Shown here in pieces: positions 28,558 to 37,054 of a DNA stretch of 64,000 bases. The first letter of the stretch is position 1; the number at the start of each line of letters is the position of its first letter. Below the pieces are notes generated by a model, which was not told the origin of the DNA, searched no databases, and was given only the letters and a program-made list of their open reading frames with translations. This DNA is from Candidatus Kaiserbacteria bacterium (lineage in GTDB: Bacteria; Patescibacteriota; Minisyncoccia; Phycocordibacterales; UBA2100). The stretch is from NCBI GenBank assembly GCA_963767115.1, contig CAVYCR010000003.1:27559-91558 (forward strand), given 5' to 3'. Made by a program: the position numbers and the translations under genes.

Positions 28558-29903
28558 GAAAAATCGTCACGCGCATCGCACCGAGCCCGACAGGCTATCT
28601 GCATTTTGGCCTGGCACGCACTGCGCTTTTTAATTACCTGCTTGCACGCCAACAGGGCGGCGAATACATCGTGCGTATCGAAGACACTGATGCCGCACGC
28701 AACAAGCCAGAATACGAAGAGGATATCTTCGAGCAGTTCAGATGGCTCGGACTTGAAGGCGATCGTGTATATCGCCAATCAGAACATAAGGGACGCCACA
28801 AAGAATGCTTGCAGACGCTCATCGATAAAGATCTTGCATACGTCTCCCATGAAGCTTCCAAGGACGATCCGCAAAAGATGGTCGAGGTGATTAGGTTGCG
28901 CAACAAAGGCGAGCGCGTTGCGTTTACCGATATGGTACGTGGCGAGATATCGTTCGATACCACTGAGCTCGGCGATTTCGTAATAGCGCGCTCGATCGAT
29001 GACCCGCTGTACCACCTCGCCGTCGTCATAGACGATCACGATGAAGACGTGAGCCATGTGATCCGTGGCGAAGACCATGTCTCAAATACGCCGCGCCAAA
29101 TCCTCATTCATCGGGCACTCGGCTTCGACGTACCTGTGTATGCACATATTCCACTGATCCTCATGCCCGACAAAAGCAAGATGTCGAAGCGCAAACACGA
29201 AACCTCGGTCAAGAACTTCCGAGAACATGGATTCTTGCCGCAAGCGCTCGTCAATTATGTGGCGCTGGTCGGTTGGAACCCAGGGACCGAACAAGAAATC
29301 TTCTCGATCGAAGATCTTATATCTACATTCGACATTGCGCATATACATAAAAATGGCGCTGTTTTCGATATTGCAAAGCTTCGCTGGTTTAACCATGAGT
29401 ATCTCAAGACGTACTCCGATGAGGCCTTCCAAGACTATATTTCAAATACATTTTTAACTTCGCTCACCGAAAAAGGTTTTCAACCCGACGGTCAAATAAT
29501 CATAGGACTTCTACCGATCATTCGCGATCGCATCGAAAATCTTGATGACCTCAAAAAGATGATCTCCGACGGCGAATTTGATTTCTGCTTTACCGACCCA
29601 ACGCTTGACCCGACACGTATCCCCGGGAAGGGAAGTGAGGCGCAGACAGCAGCGCAACACCTTATAGCAGTGCGTGAATTACTCGCAGGAGTCTCGCAAG
29701 AAGATTTCGCATCATCAGAAACGATAAAGAATGCGCTCTGGGAATATGCAAGCGAAACAGGCAGGGGAGCCGTGCTCTGGCCGCTGCGTTACGCGCTTAC
29801 TGGGCGCGAGAAGAGTCCGGACCCTTTTTTGGTCGCGAGCATCGTAAGCAAAGAAGCCGTCCTGCGTCGGATAGATGCGGCTCTCGCGCTTTTGAAATCA
29901 TGA
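28554..29903 (+). CDS. gltX: glutamate--tRNA ligase
   Basis: RIAPSPTGYLHFG (HIGH) and KMSKR. ATGA overlap with the murG stop. Confidence 0.92.
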   Translation: MRKIVTRIAPSPTGYLHFGLARTALFNYLLARQQGGEYIVRIEDTDAARNKPEYEEDIFEQFRWLGLEGDRVYRQSEHKGRHKECLQTLIDKDLAYVSHEASKDDPQKMVEVIRLRNKGERVAFTDMVRGEISFDTTELGDFVIARSIDDPLYHLAVVIDDHDEDVSHVIRGEDHVSNTPRQILIHRALGFDVPVYAHIPLILMPDKSKMSKRKHETSVKNFREHGFLPQALVNYVALVGWNPGTEQEIFSIEDLISTFDIAHIHKNGAVFDIAKLRWFNHEYLKTYSDEAFQDYISNTFLTSLTEKGFQPDGQIIIGLLPIIRDRIENLDDLKKMISDGEFDFCFTDPTLDPTRIPGKGSEAQTAAQHLIAVRELLAGVSQEDFASSETIKNALWEYASETGRGAVLWPLRYALTGREKSPDPFLVASIVSKEAVLRRIDAALALLKS

Positions 29904-31240
29904 AAAGGAGCATCTCGCTTGCAGTCGGCGCGCTCGCGCTTCTCGCCGTTCCGTTTGCGGTGTGGGCCGATACGGCATCGACCAGCGTCCCCGTAACACC
30001 GACGCTCGATCAGCAGATCGCACAGCAAAACGCGGCGATCTCGCAGCTCGATACGGAGATAGGGCAGTACCAGAGCGCACTCAACCAGACTACTCAGCAG
30101 AAAAATACGCTGCAAAATCAGCTCAATCAGATCAATCTCTCAGTCAAGAAGACCAACGCGTCGATCAGCGCTACCCAGCATCAGATAACGAGCACCACCC
30201 TCCAGATCCAAGAGCTCGGCACGCAAATCAATGGTGCACAACAAAGTATCGCTACCGACACACAGGCGGTCGGCGAAATGATACGCACACTCAATGGAGC
30301 TGAGTCAGAGCCCGTGATTGTTCAGATTATTTCTTCTGACAACCTCGCGGGCGCATGGCAGGACATCGACGACATCCTCAGTATCCAGTCGGCAGTAAGT
30401 AGCGCGATCCAAAACCTCACACAACAGGAACATACCCTCTCACAAGCCAAGAGTCAGACCCAAACAAAACAGCAGCAGTTGCAGACTCAGCAGCAGACTC
30501 TCAAGACCCAGCAAGGGTCCTTGACCGCGACACAAGAGTCGCAAAGCCAACTTCTCGCGCAGACCAAGTCACAAGAGTCGACGTACGAAAGCATCATCGC
30601 GCAGAAGAAGGCCCAGGAGTCGTCATTCGAACAATCACTCGATGATCTCAAGGCGCAATACAACGAGGCCGTGAACCCCAACCAAATCACCGCTGCAGGC
30701 GCCGGCGTATTGCAATGGCCGATTTACGGGACGGTTCGCATCACACAATATTTCGGCAACACTCCGTATTCTGATGCCCACGAAGCGCTCTACAGCGGTC
30801 ACGGGCACGACGGGCTCGACATCGGGGCACCGATCGGGACGCCGGTCCATGCCGCGCTCTCGGGTACCATTCTCGCCACCGGCAACACCGACTCGGTGAA
30901 GAGCTGTGTCGGCGGCTCTTTTGGCAAATGGGTGATGATCAAGCACGACAACGGCCTCAATACGATGTATGCGCATCTCTCCGCCATAGACGTGACGCAA
31001 GGGCAGACTGTCTCCACCGGTGACGTGATCGGATACAGCGGCGAGACGGGCTACGCGACCGGTCCGCACCTGCACTTCGGCGTATACGTCTCTTCGGTGA
31101 CGCAGATTATTCCGCTCGGTCAGGCAACAGGCGGCAACGGCGCATGCTCAAAGGCCGTAATGCCTGTGCCGCCGGTCTCAGGCTATCTCAACCCGCTCAA
31201 CTATTTGCCCGCGACGAGTTTTGTCGATGACACGCAATAA
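29900..31240 (+). CDS. M23 peptidase with an N-terminal Q-rich coiled coil (EnvC-like architecture)
   Basis: Signal/anchor sequence, long coiled coil, and the C-terminal LytM motifs HDGLDIGAPIGTPV...HLHF. Confidence 0.85.
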   Translation: MKRSISLAVGALALLAVPFAVWADTASTSVPVTPTLDQQIAQQNAAISQLDTEIGQYQSALNQTTQQKNTLQNQLNQINLSVKKTNASISATQHQITSTTLQIQELGTQINGAQQSIATDTQAVGEMIRTLNGAESEPVIVQIISSDNLAGAWQDIDDILSIQSAVSSAIQNLTQQEHTLSQAKSQTQTKQQQLQTQQQTLKTQQGSLTATQESQSQLLAQTKSQESTYESIIAQKKAQESSFEQSLDDLKAQYNEAVNPNQITAAGAGVLQWPIYGTVRITQYFGNTPYSDAHEALYSGHGHDGLDIGAPIGTPVHAALSGTILATGNTDSVKSCVGGSFGKWVMIKHDNGLNTMYAHLSAIDVTQGQTVSTGDVIGYSGETGYATGPHLHFGVYVSSVTQIIPLGQATGGNGACSKAVMPVPPVSGYLNPLNYLPATSFVDDTQ

Positions 31241-31255
31241 GGGTTCACGGGGAGA

Positions 31256-31897
31256 TTAGGCTCGCTTCTTGTTGCGCTTCCATTCCGGCCCGACGTGCGT
31301 ATTTACTTCGAAACGCGTCGCCTTGCGCAGGGCCCTAATATTTTTCTGTGGAGCGACAGGGTAGTGCTTCGTATCGGTAAGGGCGTCGGCGAGCCATATC
31401 AGATCTTCGTCGGAGGTCAGCCATTTCTCGAGCGGGTATTTGGAAAGGTCAAATGGCTTGGAATAACCGCGCAAACTTTTGCGGCCGTCCTGCAGGAAAT
31501 ATTCGTGGAAGTACGACATCGCGAGCTCGCGTACAGTGGCATACACCGGGTCGCGATAGCGCAGCACCGCATGGTTGGTCTTGCTTGTAGCGCCCCAATG
31601 CGAGCCTTCCTTGAAGAGTGTAACGATATGATCCTGATCGCCATGGGTCGTATCGAGGTCGAGGAGAAGGGGTTTGTGGCCATGGTAGAGCAAGGCTGCA
31701 GCAGCGACGAGCGCACCCTCGAAGCAGTGCATCGTACCGGCCTTCAGGCTCCGGCGGGGCGACATATAGGTCTCCCCTTTGACCTCAAGATTGAAGGGGA
31801 GTGAGTCTAGAAAATCCTGGATTTTAGCGGGGGAATCAAGCCTCTTGAAAAGCCTCTTTTCCTGCGTCGTGAGCAGACTGTGAATATCTTTCTTCAT
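31256..31897 (-). CDS. hypothetical protein, possible papain/transglutaminase-like Cys-His fold
   Basis: 213 aa from ATG 31897. Candidate catalytic GTMHCFEGA ... DHIV ... The assignment is weak. Confidence 0.5.
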   Translation of the reverse strand: MKKDIHSLLTTQEKRLFKRLDSPAKIQDFLDSLPFNLEVKGETYMSPRRSLKAGTMHCFEGALVAAAALLYHGHKPLLLDLDTTHGDQDHIVTLFKEGSHWGATSKTNHAVLRYRDPVYATVRELAMSYFHEYFLQDGRKSLRGYSKPFDLSKYPLEKWLTSDEDLIWLADALTDTKHYPVAPQKNIRALRKATRFEVNTHVGPEWKRNKKRA

Positions 31898-32089
31898 AAT
31901 CAATTTGCCCCGTATAATGAGGGAATATGGCAGAGGAAGTCAAAAGAAGCAAGCTAGACCATCTGATGTGTATTGAAAGAGGCTGCCGCGTGCGACTGCC
32001 TTTCCAGTACGAATCTGTACTGTGATCTTCGAAAGGAGGTATAAGTCAAGTATAAGTAGACGAGACGCGCTTAACGAAGGAGATGAGCC

Positions 32090-32329
32090 ATGGAGCAAAT
32101 CTGTCCTTTGAGTGCAGTAGGAGAATCTGAAGGAGTCTCACCTCACTGCAGGTCGTGTTTTCGCTCTATCGTCTGCCCGTTTGGACACCACGATCTAGGA
32201 GGAGAATCAGATGTGACTATGCATGCGGTTGGTGCAATGCAACAGCAGCCTACTATGCTCGCGTATCGCACTCCACGACAATTCCACCGTCGTGAACTTC
32301 CTGATCCTCTTACCTCAGATTGGAAGTGA
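32090..32329 (+). CDS. small Cys/His-rich hypothetical protein (79 aa)
   Basis: AAGGAG 8 nt upstream of the ATG. HCRSCFRSIVCPFGHH cluster. Terminator hairpin 44 nt after the stop. No recognisable homology. Confidence 0.35.
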   Translation: MEQICPLSAVGESEGVSPHCRSCFRSIVCPFGHHDLGGESDVTMHAVGAMQQQPTMLAYRTPRQFHRRELPDPLTSDWK

Positions 32330-32372
32330 TCCTATCTATACGCCGCCACTAGAGCGGGTCATTCACCTTAAA

Positions 32373-32400
32373 GCTTCCGGTTCTGCCGGAAGTCTTTTTG
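32373..32400 (+). terminator. Rho-independent terminator
   Basis: cttccgg-ttctg-ccggaag followed by tctttttg. Confidence 0.7.
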
Positions 32401-32426
32401 TGCATAAAGTCCATAAAGGAAGGTCT

Positions 32427-32473
32427 AAAAACACAAACCCCCAGCCTGAACAAAAGGTTCAAATGGCTGGGGG
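32427..32473 (-). terminator. Rho-independent terminator (minus strand)
   Basis: Minus strand reads cccccagcc-N18-ggctggggg then tttgtgttttt. The loop itself can pair (tgaac/gttca). Confidence 0.7.
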
Positions 32474-32955
32474 CGGGTGTATGAAGGCGGTTCGATACAC
32501 CACAGGAACAAGGGACCCGACCTCGCCCTTCTTGGCGGAAATAGTGAACGACGAGTGGTCTCCCTAGTCCGCTTACAATCGTATAACGAAAGTCCTTTCG
32601 CGCAAAGGGGATAAAATATGAGGTATGTGCTATCCTGCTGACGGCAGCCAGAAAGGAAGTCAAAATGGCCGGTAAATGGGAACACTTGAGGCCCGAATTT
32701 GAGCCGGAAATGAGTCTATGGGACAAATTGACTGAATGGTGGTACCTGCGCATCTATTATCCATTCATGGATTGGTGGAGAGGTCGTGGCGGCGGAGGCG
32801 GTCCACCACGCATGGCATGATCTACGAAAAGCCGTTCGGTCAATCCGGGCGGTTTTACTTATGTAAAAAGGGAAGCCCAGTTGAGCACAATTCTTTAGGT
32901 ATATATGTCGCAAAAGATATAGGTCGAGAATACCAACGTTTTATCAAAGCCTTAT

Positions 32956-32985
32956 AAAAGAAAAATCCCACGCACTTGGCATGGG
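32956..32985 (-). terminator. Rho-independent terminator after the DUF433-like gene
   Basis: Minus strand reads cccaug-ccaagug-cguggg then auuuuucuuuu, directly after the stop at 32996. Confidence 0.6.
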
Positions 32986-32995
32986 ACGAGGTCGC

Positions 32996-33214
32996 TCACT
33001 GTTGAATGAGGAAGTCTATCTTGTCGAGTTCCGCGACAAGACGCTTGTCCATCTCGATCAGAGAAAGAGGTTCGCCTGTGCCGAGCCAGACTCTGATGGC
33101 GGCATTCTCGATTTGGGCATGCGAGAGTCGTGGATAAAGACGTTGCGCCCCATCAACCATCATTGCACCGAGGATTCCTAAAGTTCGCGAACCACCCAAT
33201 GAAGGCTCACTCAT
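32996..33214 (-). CDS. DUF433-like small protein (antitoxin-like HTH); no partner gene found
   Basis: 72 aa. ...YPRLSHAQIENAAIRVW... resembles the DUF433 C-terminal motif. Confidence 0.45.
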   Translation of the reverse strand: MSEPSLGGSRTLGILGAMMVDGAQRLYPRLSHAQIENAAIRVWLGTGEPLSLIEMDKRLVAELDKIDFLIQQ

Positions 33215-33424
33215 AGTCGTCTCCTTACTATAGAGGAATTACTTAATAGATTATATATTAAATACCTAATCTGTCAATAAATTACTAAAATTCGCAAAAG
33301 GATATAGAGCGAGAGTGATTTAGGTTAACCAAAATATTAGCAATAAAATTGCAGTAATTTTAGTGTATTAACAGCATGGGTAAATTCATGCGCAATTAAG
33401 ACATCTATATGCTATAGTCCTTGT

Positions 33425-33610
33425 ATGAATTGGTGGAAAAGACTCGTAAATATTGGGCCAAACAACAATCTGGAAGATACAAATCCTGTAGAAAAAGAGG
33501 CTAATTCGTTGTTGCTTTCTGACTCTGATAGAAAGGAGATGGTTAGAAAAGCAGCGGAAGATTTTGCTGTTCGTTTTGAGAGTGTCATGAAAGACCTTGC
33601 AAAGACCTAG
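33425..33610 (+). CDS. putative antitoxin of the Doc pair
   Basis: 61-aa ORF ending 2 nt before the Doc ATG. No similarity to Phd/YefM recognised by eye. Confidence 0.45.
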   Translation: MNWWKRLVNIGPNNNLEDTNPVEKEANSLLLSDSDRKEMVRKAAEDFAVRFESVMKDLAKT

Positions 33611-33612
33611 TC

Positions 33613-34050
33613 ATGCCGTTTATATATCCTGATGATGATGACTTTAGGATATTTATCGGTGTAATTAAGAGTGATCAGTACCCGATTAGCAAGTACATTC
33701 CTGCTATAGATAACAATTGGTACAAAACGATCTGTGATTGTGTAGATTACGTACGCAATACAGCTCATTATGAGCAAAATGCAGAGCTTCAAGATTGTGC
33801 AGCGCGAATGTTGTACAAGGTTGCAAAAAGACACGAATTAGGTGACGGCAATAAACGAAGCGCAATCATAGCGGTATACCTATTCGTTATGTTAAACGGA
33901 TACTACTGTGGTGACCCTGCCGCATTAAAACGAGAGGCTATTAGAGCCGCTCGAAGCAAAGGCAGAACAAACGAAGAAATGATCCGGAAAAGAATTGCGA
34001 GAGTAATAGCTGCAAATATGTACCCTCACGGTGCTAGATTCCAAAAGTAG
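33613..34050 (+). CDS. doc: Doc-family toxin (Fic fold)
   Basis: HELGDGNKRSAIIAVYLF matches the Doc signature Hx(F/L)x(D/N)(A/G)NKR. The gene is AT-rich relative to the window. Confidence 0.75.
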   Translation: MPFIYPDDDDFRIFIGVIKSDQYPISKYIPAIDNNWYKTICDCVDYVRNTAHYEQNAELQDCAARMLYKVAKRHELGDGNKRSAIIAVYLFVMLNGYYCGDPAALKREAIRAARSKGRTNEEMIRKRIARVIAANMYPHGARFQK

Positions 34051-34528
34051 GCGGTGACGTTCTTTGATATCTAAATTTTGAGCAACTGATGAAAAGGCGA
34101 CTAACAACTCGGTACGCCGTAGAACTGGCCTTGGGGTTGGTCAGGGGACTTTTGAGGTTCTATCACGCACACCATGGACATCTATGCCCGTCGGCTAAAC
34201 TAGCGAGCAGGATGGTGCAAGGTTTGGGAAAAGCCAGAGCTGCTGTGCCAACGACTTGATTGCCTTATTTGCTCTAGGTATACGTCGCAAAAGATATATT
34301 GTGCGACGTATACGGTAAATGAACTCGGACATACCAGACCACTGCCCTGTCAAGTTATCCACAGGTCCTTTTCGGGAGCACGACCTTAAGGAAACCGCCT
34401 TCTCGTTCACTGTTCATGCTCAAGAAAATTCTTGATAATTATTTGCGGGGAGTGTGCCCGGGAAATTTAAAAGATATAATAGGGTGGGGTCGCAGGCAAA
34501 ACATACCGACTCCCCTGTCCCCTGCTTT

Positions 34529-35044
34529 TTATTGATCTTGAAGAGAGCCATGCTCCTCGCGCGTACCAGCCAGATACTTTTTGATATGCGCGCGATGGAC
34601 CAGAGCAATATTTTGAGGCAAAGCACTTAGGTCAAACCATTTGCGTTCGATAATTTCCCAATCATGGAGAGTAGCAAGAGTGCCTGAGAAGTTGCTCGTA
34701 TAAAAGACCGCGACCGTATCGCGCTCACCAAACCGGTCGGTATAATGCCCGACTGTGCCGTCGATATGACGGATAGTAAGGCTTGTTTCTTCGTATACTT
34801 CACGCTGTGCTGCGTGCTCGAGTGTCTCATCCTTATTCACGCCGCCGCCCGGCAGCGTCCACACAAAAGGCGCATGCCATGCTCGTACGAGAAGAACAGT
34901 ATTGGTACTCGTGTCGTTGATGATAATACGCACACCAGCAAAACCACTATGACCGGTGATTCTTGCAAGCGTGTAGCGAACCACGTGCGCGAGCTTGATT
35001 GAGAGCAAAGAAAGATCGTAACCTGTTTTACTCAAGAAGCGCAT
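34529..35044 (-). CDS. Nudix hydrolase
   Basis: Nudix box GGGVNKDETLEHAAQREVYEETSL. Confidence 0.85.
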   Translation of the reverse strand: MRFLSKTGYDLSLLSIKLAHVVRYTLARITGHSGFAGVRIIINDTSTNTVLLVRAWHAPFVWTLPGGGVNKDETLEHAAQREVYEETSLTIRHIDGTVGHYTDRFGERDTVAVFYTSNFSGTLATLHDWEIIERKWFDLSALPQNIALVHRAHIKKYLAGTREEHGSLQDQ

Positions 35045-35047
35045 ACC

Positions 35048-35659
35048 TTATGCGTGTCTCCAAGGAATTTCAAACTGCTCAAATTCCGGCAAGAGTTTGC
35101 GGCCATAGAGAAGTCGAGAAATTACTTCTGCGTGCGAGAGTGCGCCGGTAAGCGCGTTGTGCGGGTGCGGCTCTTCGGGAATGCCGCAATAAGTGAGGAT
35201 GGTATCGAGGTCGAGCGCGCTTCGCTTATGCCGCACTGGCGGCTGGAGGCCGTGAGTGACCATATGCATATATGCGAGCGTGTGCGTGTCGATCGTACGG
35301 AAGGCAAATGGCCAATCAGTATGCCCTGCCCGCTCCGACGCTTGGCGCAAGAAGTCTCTGTCAAAGGACACATTCTGGCCGGCAAGCGTACGCTCATCGA
35401 GGCCTTCGCTCCAGTGTAGAAATGCGTGGGTGAGATCGGCTTCAGATTGTTTGGCGGCATCGGTTATCTGGGCATGAGTGAATCCGTTTACCTTGAGCGC
35501 CTCAGGCATGATGTGGGCGCCTTCCCATACCCTACACTCCTCATAAAAGCGATTGGATGGGTGGGCAAGGTCGAGCGCACCGACACTCACGATGGAGTGT
35601 TTGCTAGGATCTGTGCCTGAAGCTTCGACGTCGACGACGAGCATGGCGGAATTGTACAC
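35048..35659 (-). CDS. DnaQ-like DEDD 3'-5' exonuclease
   Basis: ExoI VVDVEASG, ExoII NVSFDRDFL, ExoIII HNALTGA. Separated from the Nudix gene by 3 nt. Confidence 0.75.
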   Translation of the reverse strand: MYNSAMLVVDVEASGTDPSKHSIVSVGALDLAHPSNRFYEECRVWEGAHIMPEALKVNGFTHAQITDAAKQSEADLTHAFLHWSEGLDERTLAGQNVSFDRDFLRQASERAGHTDWPFAFRTIDTHTLAYMHMVTHGLQPPVRHKRSALDLDTILTYCGIPEEPHPHNALTGALSHAEVISRLLYGRKLLPEFEQFEIPWRHA

Positions 35660-35696
35660 TGCGACACTCCAAAAGTCTTTGACGCGTCACGGGGTG

Positions 35697-35772
35697 CGAG
35701 AACGGCTGGGGGAATCTTTTTGCGCTTCCGCCTGTCGTTCGGGTCGCAAAAAGATTCCCCCAGCCGTTCTCG
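35697..35772. repeat. foldback element, type 1 (second copy): perfect 28-bp arms and a 20-nt loop
   Basis: Arms 35697-35724 and 35745-35772. The loop cttccgcctgtcgttcgggt is the reverse complement (19/20) of the loop at 14083-14102. Confidence 0.85.
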
Positions 35773-35788
35773 ACATCTACCCTATTAG

Positions 35789-36172
35789 TTAGTTCAAACC
35801 TTTGCAATTCTTAGCAGCCTTATACCCTGCTGCCTGAGCTGCGGCCTCGTCCTTGAACCACACTTGCTTCCCTATTGGGATACTTTCTGCAGCTGCGCAC
35901 CAGGGGAAATAATAGACAGTGCCGGTGTCAGAGCCGACGTATTGCCCACCAAGGAAAATGCCTTGCGGCTCTTGTAAAACAGGTGCTTGGATGATCGAAA
36001 CCGGCGGTTCGACCTCTTCTTGAGCCGAGAGCCTACCCAAGCCAAATGCGCAGAATGTGCTTAGAAATATGAGTATTATAGTGCCCCACTGCCCTACCAA
36101 GCCCTCGAAGGATTCCACGAATACAAACTTGCATTTGTGCCATAATTCCTGTATATTCTCATGACTCCTCAT
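35789..36172 (-). CDS. membrane-anchored protein with a C-terminal sunset-type Cys motif
   Basis: One TM helix. C-terminus [37 protein letters not shown]. Confidence 0.55.
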   Translation of the reverse strand: MRSHENIQELWHKCKFVFVESFEGLVGQWGTIILIFLSTFCAFGLGRLSAQEEVEPPVSIIQAPVLQEPQGIFLGGQYVGSDTGTVYYFPWCAAAESIPIGKQVWFKDEAAAQAAGYKAAKNCKGLN

Positions 36173-36189
36173 ACGGGAATCATACCACT

Positions 36190-36465
36190 ATGGCACATAC
36201 AAAAGCAGGCGGATCCACAACCAACCTACGCGATTCAAACGCGAAATATCTGGGCGTGAAGCGCTCTGATGGACAGAAGGTAGCTACGGGCGAGATTATC
36301 GTCCGCCAACGCGGCACCAAGATCATGGCTGGCAAAAACATTGGTACCGGTAAGGACCACACGCTTTTTGCAATGACAGACGGTGTCGTACGATTCCGCT
36401 CCGCACGCAAAGGCAACTTCGACGGCACCACTAGCCGCCGACAGGTCGTCGACGTGGTCGCGTAA
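36190..36465 (+). CDS. rpmA: 50S ribosomal protein L27
   Basis: [31 protein letters not shown]... Confidence 0.93.
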   Translation: MAHTKAGGSTTNLRDSNAKYLGVKRSDGQKVATGEIIVRQRGTKIMAGKNIGTGKDHTLFAMTDGVVRFRSARKGNFDGTTSRRQVVDVVA

Positions 36466-36486
36466 ATCTCCTAACGCTTAGAGTTC

Positions 36487-36610
36487 GGCAAGCCCGCCTC
36501 GCGGGATTTTGTTTTTTTGGGTCGTTCTTTTTCTGCTGAAAAAGAACTCTGTTTCGCGCCGCCGCGCTGCAAAGACCCCAAAAAACAAAATCCCGCGAGG
36601 CGGGCTTGCC
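36487..36610. terminator. mirror-image twin terminators forming a 37-bp-arm foldback
   Basis: Arm 36487-36523 (gcccgcctcgcggg + attttgttttttt) and its inverted copy 36574-36610 (1 mismatch) lie between convergent rpmA and rplI. The 50-nt centre has its own 9-bp hairpin. Confidence 0.75.
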
Positions 36611-37053
36611 TATTGCGCTTCTACGAGTATTGCGAAACGTGTCTTATGTTTGCCGAGCTGAACTTCGATAGTGGTCTCACCAGTCGCTTTGATTGGGTTT
36701 TTGATAGTAATTGATTTGTCGTCGATCTCTATTCCTTTCTCTTTCTTGAGAGCGTCGATGATCGTACGAGCGGAAAGCTGTTTGTAGAGATGGCCGGAAT
36801 CGTTTGCTGCCGCTTTGATGATGAGCGTAAAACCTTCCAGCCTCGCGATCTCAGCCTTTTGGTGCGCGTCTTTTTCACTGATTGATTGCGCCTCATTCTT
36901 CATGCGTGCTTCCCATGCTTTGATCTTTTCTGGAGTTGCCTGCTCGGCGAGTCCCTGCGGGATCAAATAGTTGAGAGCGTAACCGTCAGAAATTTCCTTG
37001 AGTTGACCCCGCTGTCCGACGTTGCCCGTATCTTTGAGGATAATGACTTTCAT
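36610..37053 (-). CDS. rplI: 50S ribosomal protein L9
   Basis: MKVIILKDTGNVGQRGQLKEISDGYALNYLIPQGLA... Confidence 0.92.
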   Translation of the reverse strand: MKVIILKDTGNVGQRGQLKEISDGYALNYLIPQGLAEQATPEKIKAWEARMKNEAQSISEKDAHQKAEIARLEGFTLIIKAAANDSGHLYKQLSARTIIDALKKEKGIEIDDKSITIKNPIKATGETTIEVQLGKHKTRFAILVEAQ

Positions 37054-37054
37054 A

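Noticed and set aside
32349-32753. Minus-strand ORFs of 134 aa and 86 aa (32425..32685)
   Set aside because: Both read straight through the strong terminator hairpin at 32427-32473. They have no SD sequence, no homology, and odd composition.
31904-32995. tmRNA, RNase P RNA or SRP RNA in the ORF-poor region
   Set aside because: I looked on both strands for GGGG...UUCGAC with a ...UCCACCA 3' end, for GAGGAAAGUCC / ACAGAAxCCGGCUUA, and for the GGAAGCAGCC helix-8 motif. Only isolated partial matches appear (ggcggttcgatacacc, tccaccacg, cgaaagtcc, aggaagtc), and they do not combine into a fold. A covariance-model search is needed.
34085-34125. Hammerhead-like CUGAUGA at about 34087
   Set aside because: After a possible stem II (ggcg...cgcc) the sequence is GUAGAAC and not the required GAAA core, and no stem I/III is evident.
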